In this document: in pieces, positions 24,824 through 39,229 of the stretch | Numbering within the stretch: the stretch's first letter is position 1 | Layout: each line of letters opens with the position of its first letter | Source of the DNA: Balamuthia mandrillaris | Lineage: Eukaryota | Length of the DNA: 64,000 nucleotides | Direction: 5' to 3' | NCBI GenBank assembly: GCA_031835245.2 | Contig: JAVKOQ020000115.1 | Span: forward strand, 62,001-126,000 | Program-made: the position numbers and the translations under genes | The notes under the pieces: generated by a model | Seen by the model: only the letters and a program-made list of their open reading frames with translations | The model's database searches: none | Told to the model about the DNA's origin: nothing

Positions 24824-27800
24824 TTAAGCAGGCATGTAATCGCCATCAGAGCTGCCTTGGTCCTCTTCCTCCTCTTCATCAGCCCATCTACGTTTCCGCT
24901 TAGATCCAACACCACTCCTTCCACTGCCATTGTTGGTGGTTGCCTTTCGTGTTCTCCTTCCACCACCACCGCCATGACTGCTTCCGCTTTTCTTTGTTCT
25001 TCGCTTCTTTGTAGGTTCTTCCTCGTGTTCGGTTCCGCCTTCCTGAATATTTTCTGTGGCAGCCGTGTTGCTGTTAGTGGCGTCTTCCTCAATGGAGTCA
25101 TCGCTGCCCTGTTGCTGTTGTTTGCGTTTGGATCTGGAAGCGGTCTGGCGCCCTCCGCCTCTCCTTCCTCCATTGCTGGCTGCTGCCGGGTTGTAGTCTG
25201 ACTCATCGTTCTGTGTTGCTTCTTTGAACTATATTTTCAAAATTTAAAATGCTGGAAACAAGAGAGATAGAGATAGAGAGAACGAAGGTACCGTCTTGTA
25301 AAATTGGTGTAGTTCTGCTTTGTTTTTCATGTTGAAGAAGGTGGGCACTGCTGCAAAAGGAGAGTTGGCTTCGGTAAAGTTTAACAGTCCTGCATCAGCT
25401 TTCTTATGTGGCTGCTTAGATTGTTCATTCGGGTGATACTCTTTGCATTTGCTTTTGTTTTTTTTTAAAAAAAACTATGCATGAGCCCAAAAACAGGTAA
25501 GATCTCATTCGGAAAAGCAAATCTCACCTATTAGTTAAGCCATAAGCCTGTTTCAGAAGTTGCTTCATCGTGAGGAGAATCATCACTTTGGCAGCCTTCA
25601 TGAACAACTTTTCCGATTTGGCGATGGCGGCCGGGTCCGGCGTCGCTTTCTTGGAATACAGCTTTTGCAGTTGGGAAAGCACTGTGCCGCCTTCCAACGA
25701 GATGATCCGGTTGGCACAGTAGATAATGTACAGCACTTCGTCACTGGAGGTGTAAGAAAGACTGACAAGAGCTTCTGCTATATAGCGGAAGAACTCGATT
25801 TTAACCATCTTTTTCTGTTGTTACCAGAAAAAAAATAAGTGATAAGTGAAGAGAGAGGAGAGGAAAAGAGAATAAAAAGGGAGATAACCTTTTGAGTGGT
25901 AGACTTTTCAAAGAGGTTCAACACTGAAGATAAAAATTGTTGACGAGAGTTTCGTTTGCCGCTAAACAAAGTATAGAGCTTGCCAAACACTGAAACATTA
26001 CCGCCACCCGTTTGATCCGTGGTATACGCTGCGAACATCAAGAGAAACAATCAGAAAGAACGCAACAATAACTGTTGAAATGTAGTTGTTTTATGACACT
26101 TACCACAAACTTTGCCAAAGCTTTGTTGCTGGAAGTTGAAAGAGAGTTCAATGCCTTGCACAAACCGATTCGAAAGGAAGGTAGGATGCTTTTCAGTGAG
26201 TTTAATTATAAGCTTGTGAGCACGATCCGCCACGGAGGGCTCTTGATCCGTTTCCAATGCTACTAAATGTGCAACACACTTTTGTTTTTTGCTTAACTCT
26301 TTGTACTAACAGAAACAGAGAGAGAGAGAGAGAGAGAGAGAACTACCTGAAGAGGATGAACCAGACCTTGACGAAAAATAACTTCAAGAACTTCCACAGC
26401 AGTTGCTCTTACTTCCTTGATTGGGTCCATACATTGCTCTAGTATCTTTGGCAGATGAGTTTGCAACACTCCGCTGCTTACGCTGCATTGGAAAAAACAG
26501 AATTAAAAAAAGAAGCCCTAAAAAATGAGAGTGTGCAAACCCAGAGTCACTGTGGTCCATCTCTACAAACAAGTCATCTAACGGTTTCTCCAAATCTTGT
26601 GATAACTCATCGCCATCTGACTGCATGATGCCTTCAATCGAGCAATTGCTCAAATTAAGTCCTGACCCACCCCCTTTTTTGATTTTCGTTGGTTGAGACG
26701 AATGACCAAAGAGAGGAGATAAGATAGGGGATGACGTGCGTATACCTTCAGTATTGTTAGCTCCCATTTTTGTTATTCGTTCTTCCTCTTCTTTCAAGAA
26801 CAGAACAAAGTTTTTAAGTACTTGTAGTCGTATCTTGGGATCTTCTGACTGCAATGCCTTTTTCAGTAACTGGTTCGTTTGTGGCTTCAACATCAAGCGC
26901 GGGCACCGAATGAAAAGATTGCCGATGCCTTGCAGGGCTCGCAGTTGAATCTCAGGATTCTCACTTCCAGTAAAGTGAATGTACAGTGAATACATATCCG
27001 TCAATGCTTTCGATTGGGTGTTCCCTGAACACGTATGTGCGAACAAAGATCAGTAACAAACAAACAAACAAACAAACAAACAAACAAACAAACAAACAAA
27101 CAAACAAACAAACAAACAAACAAACAAACAAACAATAAGGGAAGAGCAGAAATAATGAAACTGAAGACGTAAGTAATACCTTTCTCAAAGTCGTAATATT
27201 TACACAAGCTGCCAGCACAAAATAGAGACCTGCACAGAGAAGCGATAACATGCGAAGGGAGTTGGTTGGTCTGCTTTGCCTTCTGGATGAATTGCTCAAA
27301 CTTGTTGAGAACATCGTGCAATAAAGCCGAGTTGTGTGTCAGAACAGAGACTATGGTGCAAAGGCACTTAGCGCATGGACCCAAAACATTGAATCCTCCA
27401 GGCTACACCAGTATTCATAGGTAAGAAGCAGAAGAACAAAAGAATGAGAAGAAGAAAAATATACCAGTTTTAGCTTATAGAGAAGGTCAACGAGGTCCCT
27501 CTCTAACGTGCTTAAAAACGATTTCTCGAAATGAGTAATATGAGGGGCTGTGTTCTCTATAATCGAGGCTAAATTCTTGATAATGAGATGTTCCTGGAGA
27601 TCGTTGGCCTGCAACGACAAATAAAATAAAGTTAGTGGTTTCTTCAGGAGGAAAGAATATGAAGAATATGTTTGTAGATGTAACTTGAAGCTTCAAATAA
27701 GGATGCAAGGTAGTGACATGAGGAACAAGCAATACTGGTTCGGCTTGGCAGAAAAGCTTCAAAGTTGCCAAAATAGCCGGCAAACAAAGAGTAGGATCCA

Positions 27801-30800
27801 ACTTATAATTTTTCTATTACAGAACGAACAGAAGGGCGCCAAACCAGAACGTGAGATTTTATGTTCAAAAAAGAAAAGAAAAACTAAAAAAGAAATGGAT
27901 CAAAAAACAAAGAAACAGAAAAATGGGAGGAGGGTGCGTTTTTACTTCGTCTTCGCTCGTCAGCCGCGATGCGGTGCCTTCTTCGTCCAGCGCGAGTATT
28001 CTATCGACTAAAGAAGCACAGATATCTTGGCATATTTTATGCACTGTCTGCTTTGAGGATTCCCGTTCATCGCTCAAAAGCTACATTTGGAGCAGTTACA
28101 TGTGAGTAATTTAACGAAGAATTCGTTTTGAGAAAGTACCTTCTGCAAGAGATCCACAAACCATTCATGGTGTGCCGTTCGAGCTACAACATGAATGATT
28201 TGATCGATTCTTGATTGCATGTCCAAAGAGATTTGACCATCAGATGAGGTTCCTGCTTGTTGTGCAGCATCAACGCCAGATGAGCCAGTTTGCCTCCCAT
28301 CCAGAGTTTGAGAGTCAGTGTTGACTTGAGAGAGCCCCTCAGAAGCCTGTTCAGCAGATTGATGAGGCAAGGTAGACAAACATTGATGGCTGAACCAAAG
28401 GGTTTGGAACGTTTTTAGCACAATTGCCTTGATGGCCTCCTCGTCATTCATGCGGGAGGCAAGCTTTTGGCATATGGAAGTGACCATTGGGTTTTGTGGT
28501 TGACGCAAGCAAACGTCGCTCAAAATTTTAACCACTCGTTTTCTTACGCTCACCCCAGTATCCTATTTAAAATTACATGCAATTCAGTTCACGAAATTAA
28601 GTGGGACGTTCAGTTACAGACAAAGGCGATAAGGAGTTACCAAAATTCTTTCTTGTATCATTGGGCTGTAGGCAGAAGCAAATTCAGGACGATAAAGTAT
28701 GTATTGACCAACCAAGTCGACTGCTGCTCCTCGCACAGACACAGCTTGGTCCCAGAACCGTCCAGTTACAGCTTGTTTGACAGACGACTTACGGTGAAAG
28801 AGAATAAGGATACAGATAATAGCTAGAAAGTAGCTGTAGAAAATAACATACCTCGCCAAGAACAGCAGGATCAGCCTCCAACACTATGCTTAGCGCTTTA
28901 ATCGCTTTTGCACGGAAAGTGGTCAAGTTCTCGTTGAGGAGGTTTAAGATGCGACTGAGCATGGCATCAAAGCTCTTGGCCAATGAGCTTCTTGTCAATA
29001 GGAAACGGTTAATCTTCATCATAATATCCCTAGAAAGCAACCGAGGAAGGATCCTGTAGTACATTATTAAAATCCATTCGAGATCAGAGTAGAAGGAAAC
29101 ATTAATTACCTTTCACTAGGATCCACGCCATTCGTTTTTGGTAGGGTACACTGTTGACGATAATAATCAGCTGATACAATGGCATCGCTTTCCTCGCCTC
29201 CTTCCTCTTGCGCTTGGCATGCATGACACCATTGTGCTATGAGGAAATGGCGAGCATAGACCAGAGAAGGCTCCGCTCTGGACTTCTCTGCCAGATAGTC
29301 CAACAGCAGCTGTCGCATAGTGACCATTTCTTGGAGGGCAAGCAGTTCTTCTTCGCTTTTGCTTTCATCAAGCTCTTCATTCGTCTAATGAATAAGTCAT
29401 GGACGTTAGCTTCAACAGAAATAAAAAGATGATGCATTACCTGATCTAGAGAATAATCATTTTCTGACAAATCCAAGTCCTCCGTAATTTCTGCGAGTTC
29501 GAGAGACGGACCACCTTTTCCCTTTCTTCCTTTCCTCAACGGATTCGAGTTGCTGAGTTGATCCACTCCATTTTGCGACAGTGATTGTGATTGTGCCATT
29601 TCTCGGAGAGTTGTCCGCCTCTCTTCCACCTTTTGTCGTAGAAAACAACTGTCGCAATACCAAGTATCTGGCACTTGATGAGGAGATACACCAACACAGC
29701 TTCCGTGAAACCACTTGTGACACTTGTCGCAGTCCAACATGAAGTTGTCTGAACGCCGTCTCTCGCATATGCAACTGTCATCCTCAACCATGCTATCTCC
29801 TTTCTTCGTCTCCTGCAAGTTGCGAAACTCGAGTTGGTGAATTATCTACAAGGCATAACGACAAATTCAAAAGAAAAGCTTTTCTTTCTTACCTCAACAG
29901 GTTGTGGCAATATCTCTCTCCAATGAAGAGCTTGCTTCATCACTAACTTCACTTTAGCTGCTATCGAGCCCAGAAGATCAATGGATAACATCTTTAAAAT
30001 ATTTGTTTCGGAGGATTCCTTCCTTAGGTTTTTCATCAAAATAGAGCTCAGGACCTTAAGCAGCACCTCGGAGGCAGGCCATTCCGGGAGATTGAGTGTA
30101 TGTAACAAGTCCTCCACAAAGTTCCCCAATAATGGTCGGTAGTTTTCCTCTTCGCGAGTAGAGCATCTACATTGAGGAAAACAACGGGAATTCGGTGAGT
30201 GTTTGTCAAAAAAAGAGATGTTTAAAACTGACTTGGACACAAATGATTGAACAAAAGTATGTGCACAAGTTACTGCCGCTTCATAAGAGTTACTATCAGT
30301 GTTGCCGCCCGCTTCAGGCAAGTCCACACTCTTTTTGCAAAAGAAAAATATATCGTCAACAGTTGCTGGAACAAACCAGAAGGGTGGCGTAAGTACCGAG
30401 CTTGGCTTTATAGAGGGGTCAAGGCAGGGACAGCATTGAATTAACTGGAGAACCAACGCAGAGACCATCTGAATTGAGCCCTTCTCTTCAGACAGCCTTG
30501 GCATTTTTATTTTTTTAAAAAAAAGGTCAGAACATTACGTACAATGGTATGTTGGTGTACGTACTTGTAGTTGCGGAGAGTTCTCTTAGAAGTGGGGAGC
30601 TTGCTTAAAGAACTAAAAACGTCGTCCAGAATCAAGTTGCGGTGTCGATCATAGCGTGAAAAAATCTATCATGTATATCATGGAACGTTAGCACCACGAT
30701 CATGCATAAACCACAAAGCAGGTGGAGAACTAGTTACAGTTCGAATAACTTTCAGTGCGTTTAGTTGCATCTCGCTCACTCCTTCCACAAAGAAAGTTGG

Positions 30801-32573
30801 CAAACTGATCGCTGTGAGGTCCAATATGATGGCGTCTGTTAAAGAACCAGACATGCAGTACTCATTAAGAAGATCCAGCACTTGGCAGCCCTTATTTAGC
30901 AGTCTTTTGTATTCAAAAAATAAACAAAAGTTAGTGGGCAGAAATGAAATCCGTGTTGCAAGAGGTGACGACTAATCGTACGCTTTGCTATACTTTGAAG
31001 AGCCTTTTTTGTTTCCTTTTGACTTCTTACTTGGAGCGTTTTCAATGCCATAGCTTGGATCAAAGGTGGGAAATATCGTATGTGTAAAGTGATACTTGAC
31101 AAATCGAAGCAGATTCTCTATGACCTATACCAAGAAGAATGATTGAGCATGCATAACAAAGTAGAGTTTCCACAAAGCCTTTTAGAGGTACCTCTTCTGA
31201 AACCACCGTCAAGTCTATATTGGGAGTGGTAACTATGTTGAGAATTATGAGGCAAGCAGTGAAGGCATTGTTGATTGTTCTCTCTTCTTCTCTGTGGTCT
31301 TCTTTTCTCTATAGACAAATGATTGAGTATTTCGAACAGCGGGAGGGAGGGACGAAGAGAGAACCTTCTTCTGTGCAGGTTCTTTGATTCCTTGAAAGCT
31401 TTCGATCTGCAGTTGTTCGTTTAGGGCGGCAACGAGTCGAGTGAGAGGAGTTGTCGGCACTCGCGAAAGGCTTCCATTGGTTTTTAGCTTTGCAGTTTCT
31501 GCCCAGAGGTCATTGAGCAACGCAACATTAGACACCTGATGTTTTCCAGGGGATTTATCCCCAGTTGAGTCATTGGCTTGTTCCTCTCGCAACTTCGAGC
31601 TCTGTATGTCCTCTTCTTCAAGAAAGGCCTCCAGCAGCAAACCAAATCTTTTTCCTTCAGAAGACTCCAAAACTTCTGCTGACAAACAAAGATGAGCAAC
31701 TTCATGAATAACAGAGTGAAAGTTGGAGGTAAAACCTGTTTGTTCGCAGCTTATTGTTTTGAGTTTTTTACTTTTCCTCTTCTTTTTTGTTGAGCCGTAG
31801 TTTGTGGGAACCTCCGACATAGCAGTGCCGTTTTGCTCCTGGAGTCGTCCTGCCAACGCGCCGTTTTCATCGGGACGGGCATATGTGCTCCCTGCCGGTT
31901 CCCTTTGGCTCTGCGGCGAAGCAGAATGAACGGGCTTGGAAGGAGGCGGCGATTGTTGTTGTTGTAGATTCGAAAGATCTCCTAACGGCTTCCGCAGAGA
32001 AGACTGACCAAAGGGAGGCAGGCTAACATAGCTATCCTTCAGATGTTTTTTCAAGTCTAGAGACAGAGAGGAGAAAAAAAACGTAAAGAGAATCAGCGCC
32101 GGTCGTGGGCAGCAATCGAGGAGAGTGGTACAGCGAGAGACCTTGAGGGGCTGAGACAGCATGCGGCGCAATGTTGGCGATCTTGAGCAACAAAGGACTC
32201 TTGGATACGTTGCCGGGCTTCAAGTTGAGACCTTCTTGGGAGAGTTTACTACAAGATTTTTGCGAGTTTGGTCAATAGTAAGAACAGATTGAAAAAAGTA
32301 GAGAATCAAAGTAGAGGCGACGTACACGTAATCCACGTTGGTTTGGTCAATCATCGAAGCCAGGCTTTGCGCAAAGGCATCAGATGGGTTGGAGAGCAGT
32401 TGTTGCACCCGCCTTTCCGTTTGTTGGCTCGACTCAAACAGCTCCGTAGTGTGAGGAACATTCAACTGCGGTAGCGGAAGTTCAGGAAGCAAATCTCCCA
32501 AGTCGGTCAGATTCGACAGAGAAAAGGGGGACGGCCCCAAACTACCACCAGCCGTGCTGTGATCATGCGCCAT
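24824..32573 (-). CDS. NIPBL: Cohesin loader Scc2/Nipped-B-like with an inserted PHD finger
   Basis: N-terminal LTDLGDLLPELPLP, LNLPEWPASE, FRAKAIKAL, SVRGAAVDLVG and SVRKRVVKIL HEAT-region motifs; many GT-AG introns. Confidence 0.93.
27057..27134. repeat. (AAAC)n microsatellite in a NIPBL intron
   Basis: Tandem repeat visible directly. Confidence 0.9.
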
Positions 32574-32877
32574 CTTCTTCTGCTACTTTTTTTATGCTTG
32601 CCTCTTCTGTGTTCTCTTTATCCCCACGTACGTTGTTGCTGCTTTTTTTTTTACCGCATGCTACACGCTTGCAATAAGAACAACAACAGCAAACACAAAC
32701 GTTGTTACGTTTTTTTGGAGCTTTTGTCGAAAAGCTATTCCCCCTCCAACTTTCCCTTGTGCGCTGAGCGGTGTGCTACAGATGTTTGCTTTTTTTTCGT
32801 TTTTGGCGGGAATTTTTTCGGAGAAGAAATTCATTTCCGTGTCGTCGTGATGCACACACAAGCAAAAACTTTGGAAG

Positions 32878-33279
32878 ATGGAGGGCTATGCCGCATTCTG
32901 CAAGCTGCTGGGGGTGTTGTTGGGCCTGGGAATGACCGTTCAAGCTGCTATGCATTTCTTTTGTGGGTCAATTTATTATATCTGGCTATCCGGCTCTGTA
33001 CACTACTTCATCGCCTTCGCTTCCTTTCTTCTCCCTCTCTTTATCAAATCCTCTTCAACAGCAAAATCCCCAACCACAAACTCCATTTTACTGCGGTGGT
33101 TTGGGTTGCCTCGCTTGTGGAACGCTTCTTCAAAAGACAAAGGCGGTTTGCTTCCAAACCTTCTCTTGCTTGCCAGCCTCTCCATGGCTGTCAGCGCCTC
33201 CCTCTACAGCCTCGGCATTGGCATCTTCAACAACGTCACCTATCCTCTGCTCCTTGAACCCCTCTTCCTCTCCAATTGA
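32878..33279 (+). CDS. Hypothetical small multi-pass membrane protein (133 aa, intronless)
   Basis: ATG ORF filling the gap between NIPBL and PMS2, with three hydrophobic segments and preceded by the recurrent promoter motif. Confidence 0.6.
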   Translation: MEGYAAFCKLLGVLLGLGMTVQAAMHFFCGSIYYIWLSGSVHYFIAFASFLLPLFIKSSSTAKSPTTNSILLRWFGLPRLWNASSKDKGGLLPNLLLLASLSMAVSASLYSLGIGIFNNVTYPLLLEPLFLSN

Positions 33280-33305
33280 ACAAACCGCTTCTGTTTTTTT
33301 TTTCT

Positions 33306-33636
33306 TCAAGAAGAGGCACCCTTTACTTTAGCCAACTGACTAAGAACAGATAGGTCAAAAATGTGTCTCATGGTGGGCCTGCCATGCGGACAGGACCACG
33401 GGTTGTCCGTCTCGTTCATGTTACGAAGGACACGCCGCATTTGCTCCTTGGTGAGGGCCGTTCCTATCATGATAGACTTGCGACAAGCGCGAGAGGCAAA
33501 CATGGCCGACACACGAGAGAGCCGACACATAGTTCCCGGTGAATCCTCCAAAAGACATATCAACTCGTAAACATCTTTTGTTTTGTTAGTGAGAGAAACA
33601 TGAGAGAGGCATGTGAAGAATAAGAATAGGAGAGCG

Positions 33637-33677
<41 letters not shown>

Positions 33678-36157
33678 AAGAAATACCGTTTACGCCAAAT
33701 TGTTTGTTTTTGGAGAAGGGAATGGCGGATATCTTGACCCGGCCGTTGTTAGCTGCATTCTCATCGATAATAAATTGAAAGCCGTTCTTCTGAAAGATCT
33801 CCAAGTTATCCACAATGACGCTCTCTTCCGTCGGTGTTAATTCTAAGCTTTGGGGTCTGATGAATGTATGATAAATATAAATGAGCGTTAGAGCTTTTAG
33901 GCAAAGAAAGAATGAATGAAAGAACAACCTGATAAGAGGTTGAGTGTTAATGACAGTGCTCTTCTGAAGAAGCTCAAAGTTGTGGATTTCGTCGGAGGCA
34001 TGTTGGTCTATGATGAAGAGGTCGTGGTCCAACTTGGCAATGATGAAGCCGAGGTTGAACTGACCCAATACTTTCATTCGCAAAAAGTCCGACTTTTTAA
34101 ACTCGCGCCGCAGCTCTTCTTCTTGTTCCGCTGTTGAACTGGTCCCTAGCTTGGCCCTGAAACGAGAAGGGCTCTCTATATTTTGCGCCTGCTGATAATA
34201 TTGTTAAAAACCCTACGTGAGTTGAGAAAAAGGAGGAGAAGGAGAAGGAGATGATGATGATTGAAGTAGCTACCTTTATTATGGGCTTAGTTGGCGTCGT
34301 AATGAGCAACTTAAATTTCCGTTCTGCTCTGCGCTTGAATTCCCCCTCAATAGTGTCGATGGTGAGGTGCACAGTAATATCTTTTGGCAAATAAAATAAG
34401 AATTGCGTATTGTCTCTCACGTATTTTGAAATGGTAAAAACTTACCAGCACTTTCTTTCCTCGTTGAAGCAGCACTTTCGTTTGACAAGACTCGGACGAG
34501 GGATTCGTGATCATCAGTGATAGTAAGCACTTTGTTTTGATGATCACGATCACAACAAGACTGTTTGCAGATGCGAGAATATGATTAATGGCAACAACAA
34601 GATGAACTGACGAAGATATAAAACATACTGTTGTGGCTAAGTCGTGTCCCAGTGTTTTACGCTTCTTGCGTAAGCTCTCCTGGCCTTCGTCAATGCTTGA
34701 TAACTCCTCCGCATCGCTTTCGTTTGGTTCCTCTTCCCCTTCATCCTCTTTCTCCTTATCCTTTGCATCCTCGTGTTGTTGTTCTTGTGTATGCAGAAGA
34801 AGCTGCACCACCTTCGTCAACACTTCCTGGCCCTGTCTCTTTCGCTTGGCCGAACTTAACAAGCTGGAGCTCGAACTTTGTTGTTGTGCTAATGATGCAA
34901 CACTATCATGACGTTGAAGCGTCATTATAGGCACATCTAGTCTCCTTTCTTCGTTGTCATGCGCAACGCAAAGGGGCCTCTTTTGCTTCGTTTTGCCCGA
35001 TGGTGATGAACTGCCAGATGCCAGTCGTTGGGCTAGTCGAGAGGAAAGGGTCCCAGGTGAAGCATAGAAAGCAAACTTCGGAATTGGAGAAGAGGAGCAC
35101 GCCACTCCGTTAGATTGAGTTGAGCTTGTCATCTGATTTGAGGACGTGTTTTCTTTGCCTTCATCTGATAACTCTTTTTGGGTTACTGGATCTGACTCGA
35201 TAGTTTGGTTTTCTTCTTCGCAACTGGATGGATGTTCGTTTTGAGAGGAAAGAGCATCATCATCTTCTTGTTCTTCGTCACTTTCTTCTCGTTGTTGCGA
35301 ATCTTGGCTTTCAAGATATTGAGTTAGTTGAGAGCAGCTGTCTGTTTTTTGAAAAGTATGAGCTTCGGCGATGTTGAACTCTTCGTTAAATGTAGATTTG
35401 AGAGCATCCAGAATTAAGGGCTCGTCGTGCAGAAACACAGTCCGCTTGTCGGGAGTACAGTTAACGTCGTAATACTCTATTGCAACAAAAAACTGTTATC
35501 ACAGGGCTAGAGAGTGAGAGAGAGAGAGAGAGAGAGATGAAAGCTGACATACAAGCTACGAGAGAAAAAATAAGAGTTAATAATAATACCTGAGTTCATT
35601 TTAAAGTTCAAGAAGAAAATTGGATAGCTGTGAGGGTTCACTTGTTTGTACAGCTCGTTAAAAGTCTTACAGATGCGTTGGTAGTCTACAGGTCTTCCAT
35701 TTATATACAAAAATTGTCGATCACCGCTGTTTCTACCTGTTCCTCTCATTGGTTTGGAGATAAATCCACAGACGCTATTTTTGAAGCAAATGAGATGCTA
35801 AAAGATCGGTTGTTGGAAATAAAGAAAAGATAACGTAGGTTAAATTTGTACGTAAGCAATTTCGTGGTGTGCTTAGTTTGTACTGAAAGGTCTTTGGAAA
35901 CTTCTATGAGGAGCTGTGCCAACTTTGGTCCAAAGACGTTTATGATGTTTCCTCGCATGTTGTTGTTCAAGCTTGTCCCCAAAACACGAGCCCATTGACT
36001 TTTTGTCATCATAAGCAAAAAACAAGTGTCAACAAAAGAGAAGATATTGTAACAGGACAAGAAGAAGAAGAAGAAGAAGAAGAAGAAGAAGAAGAAGAAC
36101 AAGAACAAGAACAAGAAGAAGAAGAAGAAGAAGAACAAGAAGAAGAAGAAGAAGAAG

Positions 36158-36207
<50 letters not shown>

Positions 36208-36961
36208 ACAACAAAAACAAGATGAAGAGAACCCTTTGCCCTTGCCCTTATCATGAAATACAACAAGGCGAACGCCAGCGCTTACAACAGCATAGGCCTG
36301 CAGCACTTGCATGAGCTGGCTGTACTCTCTCTTTATACGCCTGCAAAACTCTCTGTGCCGCACAGGTAATGGCTTAAAGAGGGAGTGCAGCGTGACAGTA
36401 GTGCCAATGCTCCTCGCTTTGGGTTTTTGTTCGACCAAGTGGCCTTCGGCGTCGTAGGTGAGCTGCGTGCCCACCGTTTGGTCCTTGGTACGGGTGCAGA
36501 CGACCAAAGGGCTGGCCAAGGCACAGAGAGAGCTCAAGGCTTCGCCACGAAAACCGAAGGTGGAGACCGTTTCCAAGTCAGCAAAGTCTCTCAGCTTTGA
36601 AGTATGATATTTCTTTGCTAATAACGACTGAAGGTTAGAGCTAGAAGAGCAGGAGAAAGCAGAGAAGCAAACCTAAAGCTTCGTAGTCGCTGGGATCTAT
36701 TCCTTTGCCATCATCTGATACTTCAATGGTTTCCTCTCCGTAACTTTTCAGGCGTATTTCTGAAGCGTTTTTAAGGGTATGATAAGTACCAAACATAAAA
36801 GCGTCCTCATCAATGAAAAAAAAAGGAGGTTACCCACCGATACTTGTGGCTCCTGCATCCAAGCTATTTTCCACAAGCTCCTTCACCGCAGTGGCCAAGT
36901 TCAATATCACCTGCCCAGAGCATATCCTATGAACCGACTGCTTATCAATCGCTTTGATCAT
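33306..36961 (-). CDS. PMS2: Mismatch repair endonuclease PMS2 (MutL family)
   Basis: [39 protein letters not shown] and CPHGRP motifs. Confidence 0.96.
36058..36206. repeat. Compound (GAA/CAA)n trinucleotide repeat in a PMS2 intron
   Basis: Tandem repeat lies between a GT donor near 36231 and an AAG acceptor near 36000. Confidence 0.9.
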
Positions 36962-37408
36962 CTCTCCACCTCCCCAGCTTGTGTAGTTCTTCGTCGTTCT
37001 TTCTTTCTTCGAAGCACCGTTTTATGGGCGCCTTTTCCCGCCAAAATATTTTTGTCGACCACAAGCAGCAAGGGCAAAGGCAGAGAGAGAGGAGAGAGAG
37101 AACGGGCTTTGCTTTTTAAAAAAAAAAAGCGTAGCGAAAGGGGTGGGGGGAAAGGAGGTGGCGGTGTTGTGACACTAAGGGGGGTTGGAATGGTGGCGAT
37201 CCTTTTCGTTTTGACTGTTTGAAAAAAAAAAAACCTCTCTGGACAGTAGAGTGGTGGTGTGGAAAGGCTTTGGAAGAAGAAGGCAACATTCATGGGTCGT
37301 CGGAGGGAGAAAAAAAGAGAAAACTTTCTCTTGCTGACACGTGCGAAGCAAACACCATCGCTCCAGCCTCGTTGGTCGAGTTGGCTGTTGTCTCTAGCAA
37401 CTGCTTTC

Positions 37409-37561
37409 TTAGCCTCCCTGAGAAAACAAAAGCTCGATGGCAGCTGCCACATCATTTCCCTAGTAAGCGATTGCTGGTGAGCTTGTGTGAAGAGAGAAGA
37501 GAAGAGAACGATGAAGAGAAGAGAAAAATGGAGAGAAGAGAACGATGAAGAGAAGAGAGAG

Positions 37562-37610
<49 letters not shown>

Positions 37611-38401
37611 GAATGCTAACGGTTTGTTCAAGGGCGTAGGAGGCTTGTTCTTGAGAAAAGCCCATATCTTTCAGTTGCTGCAGAGCATCGCTGGAAGCTT
37701 CAGTTGCTCCAACTGTGGAATCTCCTATTGCTGTGTTGATACCTAGTCCTTCTCCACCGCCACCACCAGCTCCTTCTATTTGTTTGCTGATCCATTCGAT
37801 GGAAGCATTGAGATCATTCTTGCATTCATCCAGCGCCAGCTCGCAGAGGTATTCAGGAAATCCCATCGCTGTAAGTGTCTCTATTTGTGTCTTTCTTGCC
37901 GCCTCTTTCATACGCTTCGCCACAACTTTTTTTGATTCAACATCAACACATTTTAACGTTGAAAAAAAAATCAAAAAAGGCCTAACCTGGATCGGCTTTG
38001 GCTGGCTTGAAATGAAAGTCGCCGTTGCCCATGGACCCCTTCCACGTTCCAAACACGCCACCAGCTTCGCTCTCTCGAAAGCCCTCAAAGTTCATGGTTG
38101 CCTCCCCGCCCTCCATGGCGGTGCGGGAGAAGGAGGCCTTGTAGGGAGGAGTGGGCTGGTAGACGCCGCTCAAACGGAAGAAGCCAAAGTCGTCTTGACC
38201 TGTTCCTTCCACTGTGTTGTCCGACTTGAACTGCAACTGCATCTGCACCTCCTTCCGTCTGCCCTCTGAGGTGAAGTACCCCAACCAATCTCCAGATTCG
38301 AACCTCTTTCTAGCTAAATGATGAGCACCAGCACTGGATGAGACAAACGATGCACAAATCACAAAACGAAGATCCTATAGGAGAGGTTGGAACTTACCCA
38401 T
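37409..38401 (-). CDS. Protein with an N-terminal beta-rich domain and two UBA domains
   Basis: ATG-G micro first exon, then ARKRFESGDW...; UBA motifs LTAMGFPEYLCELAL and LKDMGFSQEQASYAL...NDVAAAIELL. Confidence 0.8.
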
Positions 38402-38772
38402 TGCAAAGTGGTTGCGTTTTGTTGTGTGTCTGTTCTTTGTTTCCTTGTGTTTACACCTCGCGACGACCTGGTGATTACTACTCTCACGTCCTCTCTCCTA
38501 TCCGCTTTCCTTCCGCGAAGTTGCCGCCAAAGGGCGAAGGAAGGAAAGCAAAGAAGAAGGCCGTTGTCAAGGATTTCTATTTCTGAAGAAAGCTCCTATT
38601 TGTGGAGGTGATGCTTGTCACGCGCTGTGGTGGCGAAAGGGTGCTTTTTAGTTTATTTTTAACCCTCTCGGCTATTCATTGATCCCCTTTCTTCGGTGAA
38701 CCCTCCCCTCCCAACTTATGTAAACAACAAAAGCATCGATAACTAGTACTACTTCATCACTGAGTGAACCAA

Positions 38773-39175
38773 ATGGCAAGCTTCACTAACCTACCTGAGG
38801 ACTTTGACGCCAAGTGCCAGCGTGCTGCGGAAGCCATCCGCTCCGCCGACATCAGTGCGACCTCTCTTTTCCTGTGCCCTTAGGGTATTCAGCCATCACA
38901 ACTATTTAACCATATTCACTTTTAGTGTTGGTGCTCACTGGAGCAGGAATGTCTGCTGATTCTGGCTTGCCAGTGGTACGCCGATTACTGTCTCTCTTCT
39001 CCTTTTTGTCTACATCCATAACCCGCTCTTTCTTTGCAGTACAGAGATATTGCTAATGTGGAAGCCTACAACAAGCAACGTTTAACTTATGCTGATCTAT
39101 GTAACCCTTGCTGGTCTGGCGTCTTCTTGCTTCTCTGTCTCTATTCTATTCTCCCTCCTTACAGCTCTCTGATCC

Positions 39176-39229
<54 letters not shown>

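Noticed and set aside
35995..36266. Poly-E/Q/C/V ORFs
   Set aside because: Translations of the intronic GAA/CAA repeat in PMS2.
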